Source: Camelus dromedarius
Lineage: Eukaryota
Direction: 5' to 3'
Assembly (NCBI RefSeq): GCF_036321535.1
Contig: NC_087439.1
Location: 15,190,001-15,254,000, forward strand
DNA: 64,000 nucleotides
A program made the position numbers and the translations under genes. A model generated the notes under the pieces. It was not told the origin of the DNA, did not search any database, and worked only from the letters and a program-made list of their open reading frames with translations. Positions 47,457 to 60,900 of the stretch are shown in pieces (within the stretch, counting starts at the first letter, position 1; each line of letters starts with the position of its first letter).

Positions 47457-50023
47457 ACACTAATACATGTTGCAAGTACAACTGTTTGCCCTGGCCCTGG
47501 ACTCCTGGGAGAGGGTGGCTTAGAGCACCAGTAGTCCAGGGTGCCAGTGGAGAATGCAGATGCGTGATTTGGAGCTAATCAGTTCACACTCGGGTAAAAT
47601 GCAGACTGCTATGTTGAGGACTCCTTAGGGTCAATGTGATGAGTACTGACTGGGCCAGGCACACAGGGAGGGCTCAGTGAATGCTGGGCTTTAGTGTGCT
47701 GGTGGGAGAGGCAAGCACGAAGGATTGTGGAAGGAAGAGGTCACACAGCCCCCTTCCCCTCACATCTGGGGAAGGAAGAAATCTACTCGCTTAAAATGCT
47801 TAAAATTCTTACACTATGTGTCTCTTAACATTTCAAAAATTTACTCAACAAATCCTCAGGAGCAAACTGCAATCTGTTCCTTCTTCTAAAGGGTTTAAAC
47901 TTGCAGCGGCTGTTGGCAGTGGTCTTCGATGTCCTGGAAAGCCCGGACAGTGCAGAATGTGTGACAGCCCAGGAACTTGGAGGCAGCCAGCAAGAGCGAG
48001 CCCTTTGGAGAGAAATAAAGTTCTTAACAATTACTGCTAACAATGCTGTGAAAGGGAGAACACGGTTTCAATTACCAAATGTCAGCCCTAATCCCCACTT
48101 ATGAGCATTGGAAATAAAACGATGCAATTATTACACAATCTGCAGAAAAACTGACAAATATATTCTCAATACGAATGATTTATTAAGTCAGCCCGGCCAC
48201 AGCCTGGCTTCGCTCCTCAACGGAAGCTGTAAAAACAATGCCCTGCACTTTGATAATCACGGTGATTTCTTACAAACCACTGATTAAGCAATAGATGAGG
48301 CAAGCATTTTGGAAACTCTAAAATATCTCTGATTGTTGACAATCTCTCCAAAATGATTGCCTATCTGCTTAGGTGGCCTATTAAAGAATCGTACAGTGGT
48401 CTGTCAGAAAGGACCTTTCACAATCGAGGCCATCTCAGACATGAGAAGAGGTTAAATGTTAGGCAGAGGGCATGCAGCGGAGGAGCTGAGATTAAACCCA
48501 AAGGCCCTGATTTCCAGTCTTTTCCACAATCCCCTACAGCCTCAGTTATTAACAAGGTATAATCCAATGTGGGCCATTAACCTCTATTACTCCCCATTGG
48601 AAAGTTAAGTCAATCAATATGTTACCGTCACCAACAAGGTAATCACCTGGTAGCAGTTACTCTTGATCAGAAAATTAATGGGTTGAGTTATATAGAAAGA
48701 AATGTGCAAGCCAGTCTGCTTTGGGGCATAATATGGATAGAAAAGGCGAGGTGAGAATCTGAGGGCCTGAGTGATGGCATTTACTCAGGAGGATGCTTGT
48801 GGTAGGACCATACAGTTCTTCCCTAGAGCCATGGGGTCATTCAAGCTCCTCCTGTACCCTAAGTAGTAAGAGGGAAATTGCCTCATGGTTCAGAAGATTG
48901 CAAAATTAAGGCTTTAAGAAAAGGAGATTGAGGAAGCAGGAAAGAGTAGAAATAGCAAAACAACATGGAAAAGAGGATTTAGAATAAAAGATAATAAATA
49001 TATTCTGCATCATGAGAGGGTATAGGTTATCAAACTACTTAAACTCATACATTACTGTAAGTATGCCAATTATTGGTGTTAATCCTAAACCAAAATCTAT
49101 GCTAGTCTATGTCTCATTTCAGGGAAATAACTGAGACTCCCTGGAGCAGTGATTATTAAAATATTTGGGATAACAGGGTCTTTGAAAACTCGATGAAAAC
49201 CATGGATTCATTGCCCCCAGATAAGTTCACAATACACATAAACAATACACATATACATATAATTTTAGGGTATTCAAAGACTCTTTTGAAAGTTTATCAT
49301 TGGATTCAAGGACACAGCACCTTCTGAGAAGTTTTAACCAGTTATATAAATATACGCCCTAAACTCCTAACATTGATTCACTCTGAGTTTCTTAAAACTC
49401 CTGTTCCAAATACACCTCTGGTGAGAAGCTTCACCTCCCTGAATGGAGCCTAATGTTTCTATTCACCTTCCGAGCTTTCAATGTGTTGCTCTACACATAT
49501 TCTTAAACAATTTTCACCTCTCTGGACCATCTGCTTTCCAAGCACAGGTATTTTGCTTTTACATATAGGTCTGAGCACGTACATATGTGTGCATAGGGCC
49601 ATGCGTGCATATGCATATATTTTCATGATGCAATATGCAAGGCATAATCTTTTGATGATCAGTTTCTTTATCTGTAATTTGAGAGTATCAATATCTGACA
49701 TATTTATCTCAGAGTCGCTAAGAAAATAAAATGAGATCATGAAAGGGAACATTCTGGTGAAAATGTTTGAAGAATCATAAAAATCTGTGGCATTGTCATT
49801 ATTAGTGCCATCATATTGTCATTACATGCAAAACCTAAATGCAATTTACAAGCCTTAGTGTTATTTAGGAAGTTAGTTTAAAATGTTTATCTCCTTATAA
49901 AATAAAGATGGTATAACTTTTCAATCATATTAGTCATATTGGCAGTACTCACTGCTCCAGAAGAAGAAAATTGGTCGTAGCCTGGGTCCATCTTACGAGC
50001 TAATGAGCAATTCTTTACCCCCA

Positions 50024-50143
50024 CAGGGCTGATGTTTAGTGGGTTCATGGCAGCATGACTGTACTGGGTGTCAGCCCTTAATGTCTGCTCTAACTGGTTG
50101 GTGCCCCAGTTTAGTAATTATTAAATATTTTTAATATTCGTCT
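50024..50143. mobile_element. MER81-like hAT-Blackjack MITE
   Basis: 'agggctgatgttt...ctaactggttggtgccc...ttattaaatatttttaatattc' matches the recalled MER81 layout and length. Confidence 0.6.
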
Positions 50144-52049
50144 TGGCACCAGCTATGTATGAAACACTGTGCTGAGTGCTACAGAAAAAGAAATAAAAAG
50201 ATGTGTAACACATGGTCCATATTCCCCAAAAGACAAGAACCTGATTGAGGAGCTCAGTCTATTCATAACACAAGGTACTTAGCATTCATTTCTGTGTATT
50301 AAGGATTTCAGTAGATCAGAAGAGGCAGTCACTCCTAGAAGGGTTTTGCTGGGATAAGGTGGGATTTATGGTGGTCCCAAGGAAGACCAACTCAGTGTTG
50401 ATGGTCACCTATCACCTCCACAAAAATGCATATGGAGACAGAGGGAGAAACCAGCCTGCCAGCCTTACAAAGGGACAGAGAAAGCGAGAGTCTTTGAATT
50501 TTATTTTACAGATGGATTCTTCCTCCCCCAACTTCCAGGCAGAGGTTTAATTACTTTAGAAGGGTAATTTGAAAAGTTCTTTAAGACCTTCAGCCATCAG
50601 TTGCCACAAGAAAGATAAGTGCTAGGCTTTCTGTGTCTATTTTGGGGCTGTGGGTAATGCACCATTAGATTAGATCCACGCGGCACTAATTTCACGCTAC
50701 CAATTTCTGTTCTATTAATTCTTCACTTAAATCGGCTAAGCACCTCTTCATTTGCCTCACCACTGTTATAATTTAATATGTACAACCAGAGTTGGAGTTT
50801 AATTGTTTCTTGAGTGAGCTAAAATACAATATTTGTAAAATGCATCCATTTAAGTGAAACCCCAGTAAGATTCTGCCTTTTCCCGCAGCCCCATCGCTGA
50901 CAGCTTTGGTTCCGCTCCTGTGGAGTCTCGTGGATTCACAACACTGATTCCATTAGTAGGGAGAAGGCCACAGCCGCCTGGGGACGGCCCTGCCGATGGC
51001 CCTGCCTCCCCGCCAGCCCTCGCCTCCCTGCTCTCTACCTTGGTTGAAAGACATAAATGCAGCAGGAAAAACACGTTAATGTCTGAACATCAAGAGCTCA
51101 TCCCCTGCCACACTCTAGGGGGAACCTGGCTTTGCTTTCCTGCATCAAGAAGCAAGAGTTTAGCTGGATTTTCACCAAACTGAACAGAAACAGGAAAGAG
51201 AGCGAGAAAGACAAGGAAGCAAAGAAGTCCTTGTGACCCGAAAGGGTCATTTGAGTAGAAGCAGGAAGGGGAGAGACGGATCTTTGCGTGGGGCGTCAAA
51301 GAGGGAAAGGGATCAGGGCTTTGAGAATTCGGTTCTGTGGATTGAAGGCAATCCCTCTTTGGTGTTTTCTCAAGACTGAAGTCAAGATTTACATTGCTTT
51401 TCAAGTACTTTTAGATGCTGAACTGGAATTTCTTTGAACAAGATGCTCAAGAGAGGGAGGGCCTTAGACTGGCTCACAAAGCAGGCTCTTGGTGATTCAT
51501 TTCCCTTCCAAGTCCGAGGAGCAGAGCAGCGCAGTGTCAGGGCCTTACCGTCGCTCGCACAGGCTGGATCGGCCCACAAACTAATCTTACGCTCTTTCAG
51601 AAGGCCAATAGTACGTTTACACAAATCCACAGTCAGGCTGGAACTCAAGAGCCTCCAGAATCATCCCCTTATTCGACATGGCTTCCCGACAGGACCCTTT
51701 CTCTCTTCTCACCTCTTATTCCTAACCGTTCCAAACAAGTTGAAATCTTTACATTTGTCCCAAGATATCCCTTCTGCAAACCTGTCCTGTACATTTATCA
51801 TTCTTCCTTAAGGCCAGCCCCCTCCAAGAGGCCTGCCCCAGTCACTGCATGATCATTTCGCTTTTTCTAAAAGCTGGACTTTTGTAATTATTCACATATT
51901 GGGAAAGTATCATATGTGACAGACAGTAAGGATAACTGCTAGAGAGATGTAAAGATAAGGGTGTTTCTATAGAGTTCCAAAATACTGTCAATCAAATTGA
52001 GCAATTAATTGAATGTGATACTCAGATGAGCTCCTCACTCCTGGTTACT

Positions 52050-52553
52050 TGTGACAGAATAATGGCCCCTCAAAAATGTCCGTGAACTAACCCCTGGGAC
52101 CTGTGAGCATGTTACTTTACACAGCAAAGGGTAATTAAAGTTGCAGATGGGATTGAGGTTGTCAATCAACTGACCTTGAAATGGGAAGAGGGACCTGGAT
52201 TATCCAGGTGGGCCCAGTGTTATCACCTTGGTCTTTGGAAGTAAAGAAGGAGGCAGAAGAGAGACAGAGAGGTGGCAGTGTGAGAATTTAACTTGCTGTT
52301 GCTGGATTTGAAGATGGACAAACGGGCCATGACTCAAGGAAGGTGGACGGCCTCCAGCAGCTGGAAAAGGCAAGGAAACAGAGTCTTCCCTAGAGCTTCC
52401 AGAAGAAGTGCAGCCCTGCAGGCACCTTGATTTTAGCCCGCTGGGACCCATTTAGGACTTCCAATCTCTGGATCTATAAGGTAGTAAGTTTGTGTGGCTT
52501 TAAGCCACTAGATTTGTGGTAATTTCCTATAGTAGCAATAGAAAACCAACACA
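52050..52553 (+). mobile_element. MaLR LTR (MLT1D-like), near full length
   Basis: 'tgtgacagaataatggcccc...gttgcagatgggattgaggttg...ggattatccaggtgggccc...agctggaaaaggcaaggaaacag...taagccactagatttgtggtaatt...gaaaaccaacaca'. Confidence 0.9.
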
Positions 52554-54074
52554 GCACCCCAGACCCGTCGTCTGGCCTCCCCAAAACCCCAGCCCCAAAC
52601 CACAAGCCTTATCATCAGCAACTTGGAACTAGAGAAGATCCTTGCTCAGATTTTCACAGAAAAACTTTGGTGTCCGAGTGGGGCCAGCAGAACACTGTGG
52701 GGTCAATGACATAGCACACTCAGAGTTTTAAAGGGCTCTGTCGGCAAGCCTAGGCACCCAATTGTCACTGTTTTTGTGAGAAAATGACATCCAACTTTCT
52801 AAGGAATGTTTGGAATTCCCCACGTTGGTTCATTGGATACTGTCTGCAATCTGTGCTGACGGTTAAAGGAGAACCATCGGTTCAGACTCCAGACATGCAA
52901 GGAGGCCAAATTATTATTCATTTTCCAAAGTTTAAAATCCTGGCTTGCGATCTCATCCAGAAAGACAATCTGCTTCAGCTGAGGCCTGTGCGCTACATGA
53001 GCCTTAGACCAAGACAGGATATTTCCTCAAAAAAAAGCTCAGGGAGCCCTTCCCTGAGTGCCTCATATCATCGACTCAGATGCCAAGTCAGTGCCTCATG
53101 TTACTCGAAAAATACATTTATGTCCAAGGCTGTTTTGCAAAGAAGCACGTTGAACCAGTCCTGGAAACTCTTCTTCAGAATTACATAAGCTCAAATGTAA
53201 TGCTAGACTCACATTTCATCAAACAGGGGTCGGGATAATGAGACACACGCTATATATATTGATGACATGTGGTGTTCAAATCAAACCATAAAGTAGATAT
53301 TAAAAAACATATTTTATTATATTCTCTTCTAAGTAGCATGAACTTAACGTCTCAGTTTTCCTCACCCAGTCTCCGATTTTGTCTGCTGCCTCTGCTTAAT
53401 TATGAATGATGTCCCCTTTCACTCTCAGAACAGTGCTCGTTTAATGACAAATCACAGGGTCACTGTACATATAAAAGACAGTCTCAGCTTTCTCGTACAC
53501 TTTCCTAAGTCAGAGTACCATTCCTTGCAGTTTCTCCTGCATGTTTCAGAACTGACTCCATGGGGGAGGAACAGAAGAGGGTTTTAACTGAGAAACAGAT
53601 GATTTTGTGAATATATAAATTATTAATGAATATTTGTGAATATATAAATATATAAATTATTATATATAAACTAGTGATCCAATGCAACTAAGTAGCAAAA
53701 CTATGCCTGACTCTGCGTGTGTGTATATACATATATAATACGTGTCTATAATAAAAATAAACCCACTCCCCAGTCCTTGAATTCCTAAACCTCAGCCCTA
53801 AGTCATTATCAGTCTTACCATCAGCAATTTGGAACCAGAGGAAATGCTTACTCACCATTAGTAAAAACATTTAATGATATTTTCCAAGAAAAACATTGCT
53901 GTCCAATCTGGTAGAGCTCTGTGGAGTCAATAATACAAATGTATAAGATATATAATTATATTATCATGTATATAATATACAATTACATAGAAATCCTATA
54001 TATTATATATATAGAACTTACACATATAATTTGTGACAGCATGGCTAGGTGGCAAAGCTAAAAGTTTTTGGTGA

Positions 54075-56157
54075 GGATGACAAGGGTGTCAGCTGTCACC
54101 ATTTCTATTCAACATTGTACAGGAGGTCTAGCTAAGACTATTTGGCAAGAAATAGAAATAAAAGGTACCTGTATTAGAAAAGAAGTAAAACTATTTCTTT
54201 TTGCAGATGATATGATTTTGTATCTAGAAAATCCAAAGGAATCCGTAAAATCAAAAGACTACTAGAGCTTATAAATGGGTTCAGCAAGGTTACAGAACAC
54301 AAGATCAAGGTACTAATATCACTTGTATTTCTACACACTAGCTATGAGCAATACAAAAATAAAATTAAGAAAACAATTCCATTTCCAATAGCATCAAAAT
54401 AATAAAATATTTAAAAATTAATTTAACCAAAAAGTGAAAATTTTTCACACTAAAAACTACAAAACATAATTGAAAAAATCAAGGAACTCTCAAATAAATA
54501 GAACCACATGCCATGCTCATGGATTACAAGACAATATTGCTAGAATAGCATTACTCCTCAAGTTGATGTACAGATTCAACACAATCCTTATCAAAATCCC
54601 AGCTGCTTTTTTTTTAAGAAATTGACAAGCCCATCATAAAATTTATATAGAAATGCAAGAGACCCAGAATAGCCAGAACAATTTTTAAAAAGAACAAATT
54701 CAGAAGACTGACACTTCCCAAATTCAAAACTTATGACAAAGCTACAATAATCAACACTGCTTGATATTGGCATGACAGACAGATAGATCAATGAAATAGA
54801 ATTCAGAATCCAGAAATAAATGCATACATTTATGGATAATTAATCCCCAACAAGGGTGTCAAGATAATTCAATGGGAAAAAAGTCTTCTCAACAAGTGGA
54901 GCTAAGACATTTGAATATTCTTATACAAAAGAATAAAACTGGAGACTGACTTCACACCATATTAAAAAATACATACACACTACCTTCAGAAATACATGAA
55001 AATGGATCAAAGATCTAAATATAAAAGCTAAAACCATAAAACACTTAGGAAAAAACACAGGAGTAAATCTTTGTAATCTTGGATTAGACCTCATTTCTTA
55101 GACATGACAGCAGATGCACAAGTAACAAAAAGATAGATAAAATAATGTCATGAAAATTAAAAACTTTTATGCTCAAAGGACACTGCAAAGAAAATGGAAA
55201 GGCAATCCACAGAATGGGAGAAAATAATTATAAATCACATAACTGATAAAGGTCTAGTATACAAAAAATATAAAGAACTATTATAACCCCAAAACAAAAA
55301 ATAAATAATCCAATTACAAACTGGGCAAATTATTCAAATAGACATTTCTCCAAAGAAGATATAAAAATGGCTAATAAGCACATAAAAAGATACTCAACGT
55401 GATTATTTACTAGGGAAATGCAAGTCTAAAATCCAATGAGATAGCACTTTATATCCACTAGGATGGCTGTAATCAAAATGAGACATTAACAAACGTTGGT
55501 GAGAGAATTTGAAAACCTCATACATTGCTGGTGGACATGAAAAATGGTGCAGCCACTGTGGAAAACACTTAGGAACTTCTACAAAAAGTTCAGCATGGAA
55601 TTACCACGTGAGTCAGCAATTCCTCTCCTAGGTATACTCCCAAGAGAATTGAAAGCATAGGTCCACACAAAAACTTGTACTTTCATGATCATATCAGCAT
55701 CATTCATGATCACCAAGGAAATGCCCTTCAATGAATGGGTAAACAAAGTATGGTAGGTTCATGCAATGGAATTTTATTCAGCCATAAAAAGGAATGAAGT
55801 AGTGACACACGCTACAGCATAGATGAACCTAGAAAACATTATACTGAGTGAAAGATGCCAGTTACGAAAGTTTACATAGTATATGATTCCATTTACATGA
55901 AAAGTCCAGAATGGGCAAGTCTAAACAGACAGAAAGTAGATCGATCAGTGGTTGCCAGGGGCTGTGGGGTAGGAAAGAATAAGGAGTAACTGCTGATAGG
56001 TACAGGGTTTCCTTTGGGGTGACGAAATGTTCTGGAATCAGATAGGGGTGATGGTTGCACAACACTGAAATATACTAAGCCACAGAAATGTGTACTTTAA
56101 AAAGGTAAATTTTATGATTTATGAATTATAGCTCAAGTTTTTAAAAAAGAAAAGAAA
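54075..56157 (+). mobile_element. L1MB-like element: 3' half of ORF2 (decayed) plus 3'UTR
   Basis: ORF track 54068-54265 contains the RT catalytic motif [13 protein letters not shown] (FADD at about 54200-54211). Colinear ORF2 sequence follows, then an L1MB-type 3'UTR and A-rich tail. Confidence 0.95.
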
Positions 56158-57906
56158 TGAGAATAATAGTAGCACCTCTCTCAAAAGGTTGATGCGAGGA
56201 TAAAGGCATATAAAGTAATTCGCATAGTGCCAGACTGGACGGTGGTGGTAGCGATGGTGGTGGAGGTGGCAGTGGTATCATCTTGGGGAATGTCTTGTGC
56301 TCACAAGTTTAAGGTCTAAATTTAAATCCCAAGAGTGGTCCATCTGCGCTCTGCTTTATTTTCTCTCCTCTTCTTCTTTTTCCATGCTCCTGCCCCATCG
56401 TTTCCAGCTTTTCTGGATCTGGCCCTGGTTCCAAACCCTTCTATTCAATTCATTCCAAATCCCTGTATTTGACCCTCAAATAATCTCCTACAGCCTTTTC
56501 TCCTGCATGGCTGGCAAAGTGAGGATGTGTCAGAATTGTCCCCAGTAGCTGCATCTTCTGAGACACAGCTCTGGCACAGACTGATTCAGCGCCCACCCAC
56601 ACAACAAGACAGAAACTTCAGTGGGTTGTGTGAAAAGAGGGGATAATTTTGGAAACTAGGAGCCTGTGTCATCCTTTTAATGAAATAATAACAGATTTTT
56701 TGATTTGCACCCATTTGCAATGTTACTGCTCCCAGACAAGTTTCTCGGAGAAGGTGATTCATCAGTCAGCCATCCATCCCATTACGAGCAGTGGAGAAAC
56801 AAATCACCATGCAGCACACATCATAAAAATGGAAATCAAGGAGGCTGTTCATTAATGCAGATTAGTTTTAAGCTTGGCATAGCTTTGCTCTGCTGAGATT
56901 AATACACACACAAGAAATTCTCAGTGGGCCTTGGGTCCTTGGTAATATATAGTCCTTATTACCTTGCTGACTGATGAACCTTCAAGCTCAGGAGGAGCCA
57001 CCTCTGATGGTCCACGTTCCCTGCAGAGGGACCAGGGATCAGAGCTGCCTGGACCAGGCTTCCTCGTCAGACTCTCTGCCCCCAGCCACGGCACTTCTGG
57101 CCCATCCCTGAGTTGGTTTGCTCTTACCAAAATGAAAGAAGGATCCTGTATTCAGGGTCTTCTCAGCCACTTTTCAACTAAGCAAACCAATCCAGTGAGC
57201 AAATGAACAAAAAGAGTTAATGGCAAAAGATGTGGCAATGTGTTGTTCCTCAGCATCAGAACAGAAATAATATTTTAAAGAGTGCCTCAAATCCCATAAT
57301 CTGAGGGGTTGACTAATGGGAGGCTTTGAGAAAAACCAAAGGAGATTTTTTTTTCTTTCTTGGTCAATGGGAGGAGCTTTTCAAATACTTCAAATCACAC
57401 CATGCAGGCAGCTGCCTACTGCAATCACATTAGAGCTGGTTGTTTTGATGTTTAACCTAATTCAACATAATAGGCCAGCTCTGAACAGGCGCTGGTGGTT
57501 ATGCGGCAGACTGCCTCTTTTATTTCTTTCCTCCATTCTTTTCTCTCTTTTGTTCCTTTTTCTCCTCTCTCATATTTGGCCACAATTCCTTCCTTCAAGT
57601 GTCACTGTGCTCATTCTTTCTCCCATAGAATTTGCATAATAAAAACGCAAACATCACCAAAGACAAGATGTGCGCCTTTAATGACACTAACCACACAACG
57701 AAGGCAATCGTTTGTATTTCTTAAGTAGTAAGCCCTAAACCCGTGGTCCTCAAAATGTTTTTTGACTGTGACCCCATCTGAGTGATTCTTAAATGCACTG
57801 CCAATATGTGTGTATATTTATTTATAAATTATTCACATGTAGTATTACTATAGACTATCCAATTACAGTATAAAACAGTCAAAAAGTGTAAAAGATAAAA
57901 TTAAAG

Positions 57907-58220
57907 CAGGGGTCAACAAACTTTTTTTTTTAATGGATGTACTGGGATTAAACCCAGGACTTCTGCATGCAAGCGGGCGCTCTACCACTGAGCTACACCC
58001 TCCCCGCAGCAAACTTTTTCTTAAAGCACCAGATAGTATATATTTTAGGCCTTACAAGCCATAGGGTCTTTGCTGCAACTACCGAACTCTGCCATTGTAA
58101 CAGGAAAGCACCTGTTGACAATATGTAAACAAATGGGCATGGCTATATTCAAATAAAACCTTCTTTACAAAGACCGTGGTGTGTTGGCTTCAGCCCCGGA
58201 CCCTATTTTGCCAACCCCTG
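57907..58220. mobile_element. MER58A-like hAT MITE
   Basis: Terminal inverted repeats caggggtcaacaaa / tttgccaacccctg, internal 'ccagatagtatatattttaggc...ggctatattcaaataaaacc', decayed 8-bp duplication aattaaag / aattgaaa. Confidence 0.88.
57927..58005 (-). mobile_element. vic-1-type SINE (short form)
   Basis: Reverse complement 'ggggagggtgtagctcagtggtagagcgcccgcttgcatgcagaagtcctgggtttaatcccagtacatccatt(a)n'. Duplication caacaaacttttt / cagcaaacttttt. Confidence 0.92.
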
Positions 58221-58649
58221 AATTGAAACATAAATAGTAGTAAAAGTCCCAAATATTTTTCCTCCTACCCACTTGAAGGCCACTGCTTAAGAATATGAGA
58301 AGGGGTATGATTAGACTTTTCTTTGCTCACCAATTCTCGATTGCTACTGCGGAATATAATTTGTTATATTATTTCTACAAACTAAGACAAAGGGTGCAAA
58401 ACACAGCTAGGATGAGAAACAAATGCTATGCTCTAGGCGGAGTTCACGTCTATATATACCATTTACTCCACAACTGACATTTCTCACCAACACTGCAGTT
58501 CAAATTCATGCTTCAACAAAACGTCAAATTACTATGTGTCTTGGACCTTTGGGGTTTCTGGCAAATAATCCAAGACTTAGATGTCAAATTAGAAAATCCC
58601 AAGGGACTACTGAATAATGAAAAATGAAACCCCCCAATAAAGTCATAAG

Positions 58650-58652
<3 letters not shown>

Positions 58653-58696
<44 letters not shown>
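58653..58696. repeat. (TG)22 microsatellite
   Basis: Direct reading. Confidence 0.98.
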
Positions 58697-58699
<3 letters not shown>

Positions 58700-59989
58700 A
58701 GCTGGGTAAACAAATCTTGTCATCTTGATCTTTAAAAATGTTTTTGCTGATGCTGTTGTGCTGAATCCATTAATCTGTAAACAGGGATCTTGGAAATTCT
58801 TGACAAATTATTGAAGTCATCTGTATTAAATCCAGCTGAAACTGGAAAAAAAGAAGACTGATGAATGTAACAGTTTTTGAGTATCAGGCCAGATTCACTG
58901 ATGATTTTTTAATCTTGCTTCATTGGCATAGAAAATCTCAACACTGCATTGGCATGTTTAGTATGTCAGCACAGTCAGCCCTCTCAACGCAGAGCCCTCT
59001 CCATGAGGCTCTAGTAATAACTTCACCAAACACAATGGAAGCGTTACTTTAATAATTTTAGTCAAATTGAATGTGTCAAGGAGAAATACTATGAATAGAG
59101 GCAGCACTAATTCAAAAACATGCCTTCAGTCCCAACAAACCTGAGTGAAGCAAAGAAAAGAGATTGAAAGGCTCAAGAAGAAGATGCCAAGCAATTAGGA
59201 AACCTTGGTTCTAATGCAGTTCAAATGCAATCCTTTTCAATGTCCTGAGCTTCTGTTTTCTTATTAATATAATAATATATGACTTACACAGCTGTCAGAA
59301 GGTAAAAATGAAATAACACAAGTGAAAGCGTCTCACAGAAGGCCTGACACACAGCAGGTGCTCTATAAATACCTTGAGTTTTTTCTCCTCTTCCTCTTTC
59401 ATGTACCTCAATATTATCATCTCTAAAACAAACAAAAAATCTACCAAATTCACATGATAACTAGGAATATTCAAGAGATAATTTGTAAAGCAAAAACACC
59501 TTGTAGAATGAAAAATCATCAGCTCATGGAAGATATGGGTATGATTAAAAATTAACCCAAATTATTTTGATATATCTCTGTCTCCTAATACGATATCTTT
59601 CAGTCACCAAAAGGAAAGGAAATCCTCTCTATCTCCTTTTCAAAAGATATTGCCCTAGCTTGATGCTAAAAATCCCTCCCCTGAACAAGCGTTTTCCATG
59701 TCTGTCAGCAAAGGCTCTTCCTTGTGCCATTTTAGACACTGTACAAGGAGAGTATTAAGCCCAAAGACCACTTTCCTGTAGGCCTACCAACACCAGTCCT
59801 GACATACCCAACATAACTCAAGGTGATTAAGAAAAATAAAGGAGGGAAGCAATTCCTTTTTCTTCTCCTTCTTCAACATCCCAAGATATCACCACAGGTC
59901 TCCAAAGCATTTATGTGTTTTACGTGGAAGTTCTGCTAGATGGTCATCACAAGGAAGCCAAGTAGCCAGTGTGCTCAAAACTGATTATC

Positions 59990-60420
59990 ATACGTAACCC
60001 AAATCTCGTCATCACTGCTTTGGTCATGGATAAACTCACCAAATCATTTCTGGCTTCCCACGCGTCACGGCTCATGGTAGGACCGTACTTCTTACACCCT
60101 CTCCCTGTGGCTGGGTGTGGCCATGTGACTGCTGCTGACCAACGCGTGACGACTGAGAGTCTCAAATGCACCCCAGACTAGAGGACTTAAATGCAATGGG
60201 AGACCTTCCAGAGCACTTTTCCTCCACTAATATGAAGGCTTGCCATGTTTGAGACGGTGGCTGCTCTGCCAATCACGGCGAAGGTACATCACCAGGGTCC
60301 CATAACCACCCGGTGAAAGATGTGCGGCACAGACGTAAAATAAACCTCTCTTGTTTTAAGTCACTAAGATTATGAGATCACTTGTTAACAGAGTATAACA
60401 CAGCCTATTCTGACAGTTAC
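59990..60420 (+). mobile_element. MaLR LTR (MLT1J-like)
   Basis: 'gggtgtggccatgtgactgc...cttaaatgcaatgggagaccttccagagc...aaataaacctctcttgttttaagtcactaagatt...ttgttaacagagtataac'. Confidence 0.75.
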
Positions 60421-60689
60421 TCCAACAAAACTAGTCATTAAGTTATCCTTAAAGGCAGATTTTAACTCAACTGTTATCCGTAATTAATGTACAAAAATTA
60501 ACAAATGAGTCCCAGGAAAGAGTATTTTTTTTAAGAAACAAAATATGGATAAAGATGGAAATCAGTAACACTCAGCATTCCAAAATATGGCACTGCACCA
60601 AGGAAGGCAGGCCAAAGTGAGACAGCATCAGACATTCCTCTGAGCGTATAATGGCCTGGGAGATAGACTATATCCATGGTTAGTAATCA

Positions 60690-60900
60690 GTATCATTATA
60701 ATTGCAAGTTTTAATGAGAACTTACTATATTCTAGGCATGGTGCTAACTGCTTTACAACAAACATGTTATCTCATTTAGTCCTTAAGATAACCTTACAAG
60801 GTAAGAAGCTATCCCAATTTTACATGGGCAGTGAAGAAAGAAATAAAAAGATAAGTTACTTACAGGTCTGTCTAAAGCCAAACTAGTCTTTCAACAGAAA
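60690..60900 (-). mobile_element. MIR SINE
   Basis: 'gagaacttactatattctaggcatggtgctaactgcttt...tctcatttagtcc...cccaattttacatgg'. Confidence 0.7.

Larger units (their letters stand above)
57741..58285. mobile_element. Outer hAT-Charlie-type MITE, interrupted
   Basis: Ends 'ccgtggtcctcaaaatgttttttgactgtgaccc' and 'gaaggccactg', resembling cagtgg...ccactg terminal repeats. Confidence 0.5.

Noticed and set aside
57432-57482. Small hairpin agagctgg...ccagctct
   Set aside because: Only an 8-bp perfect stem, expected by chance in 64 kb.
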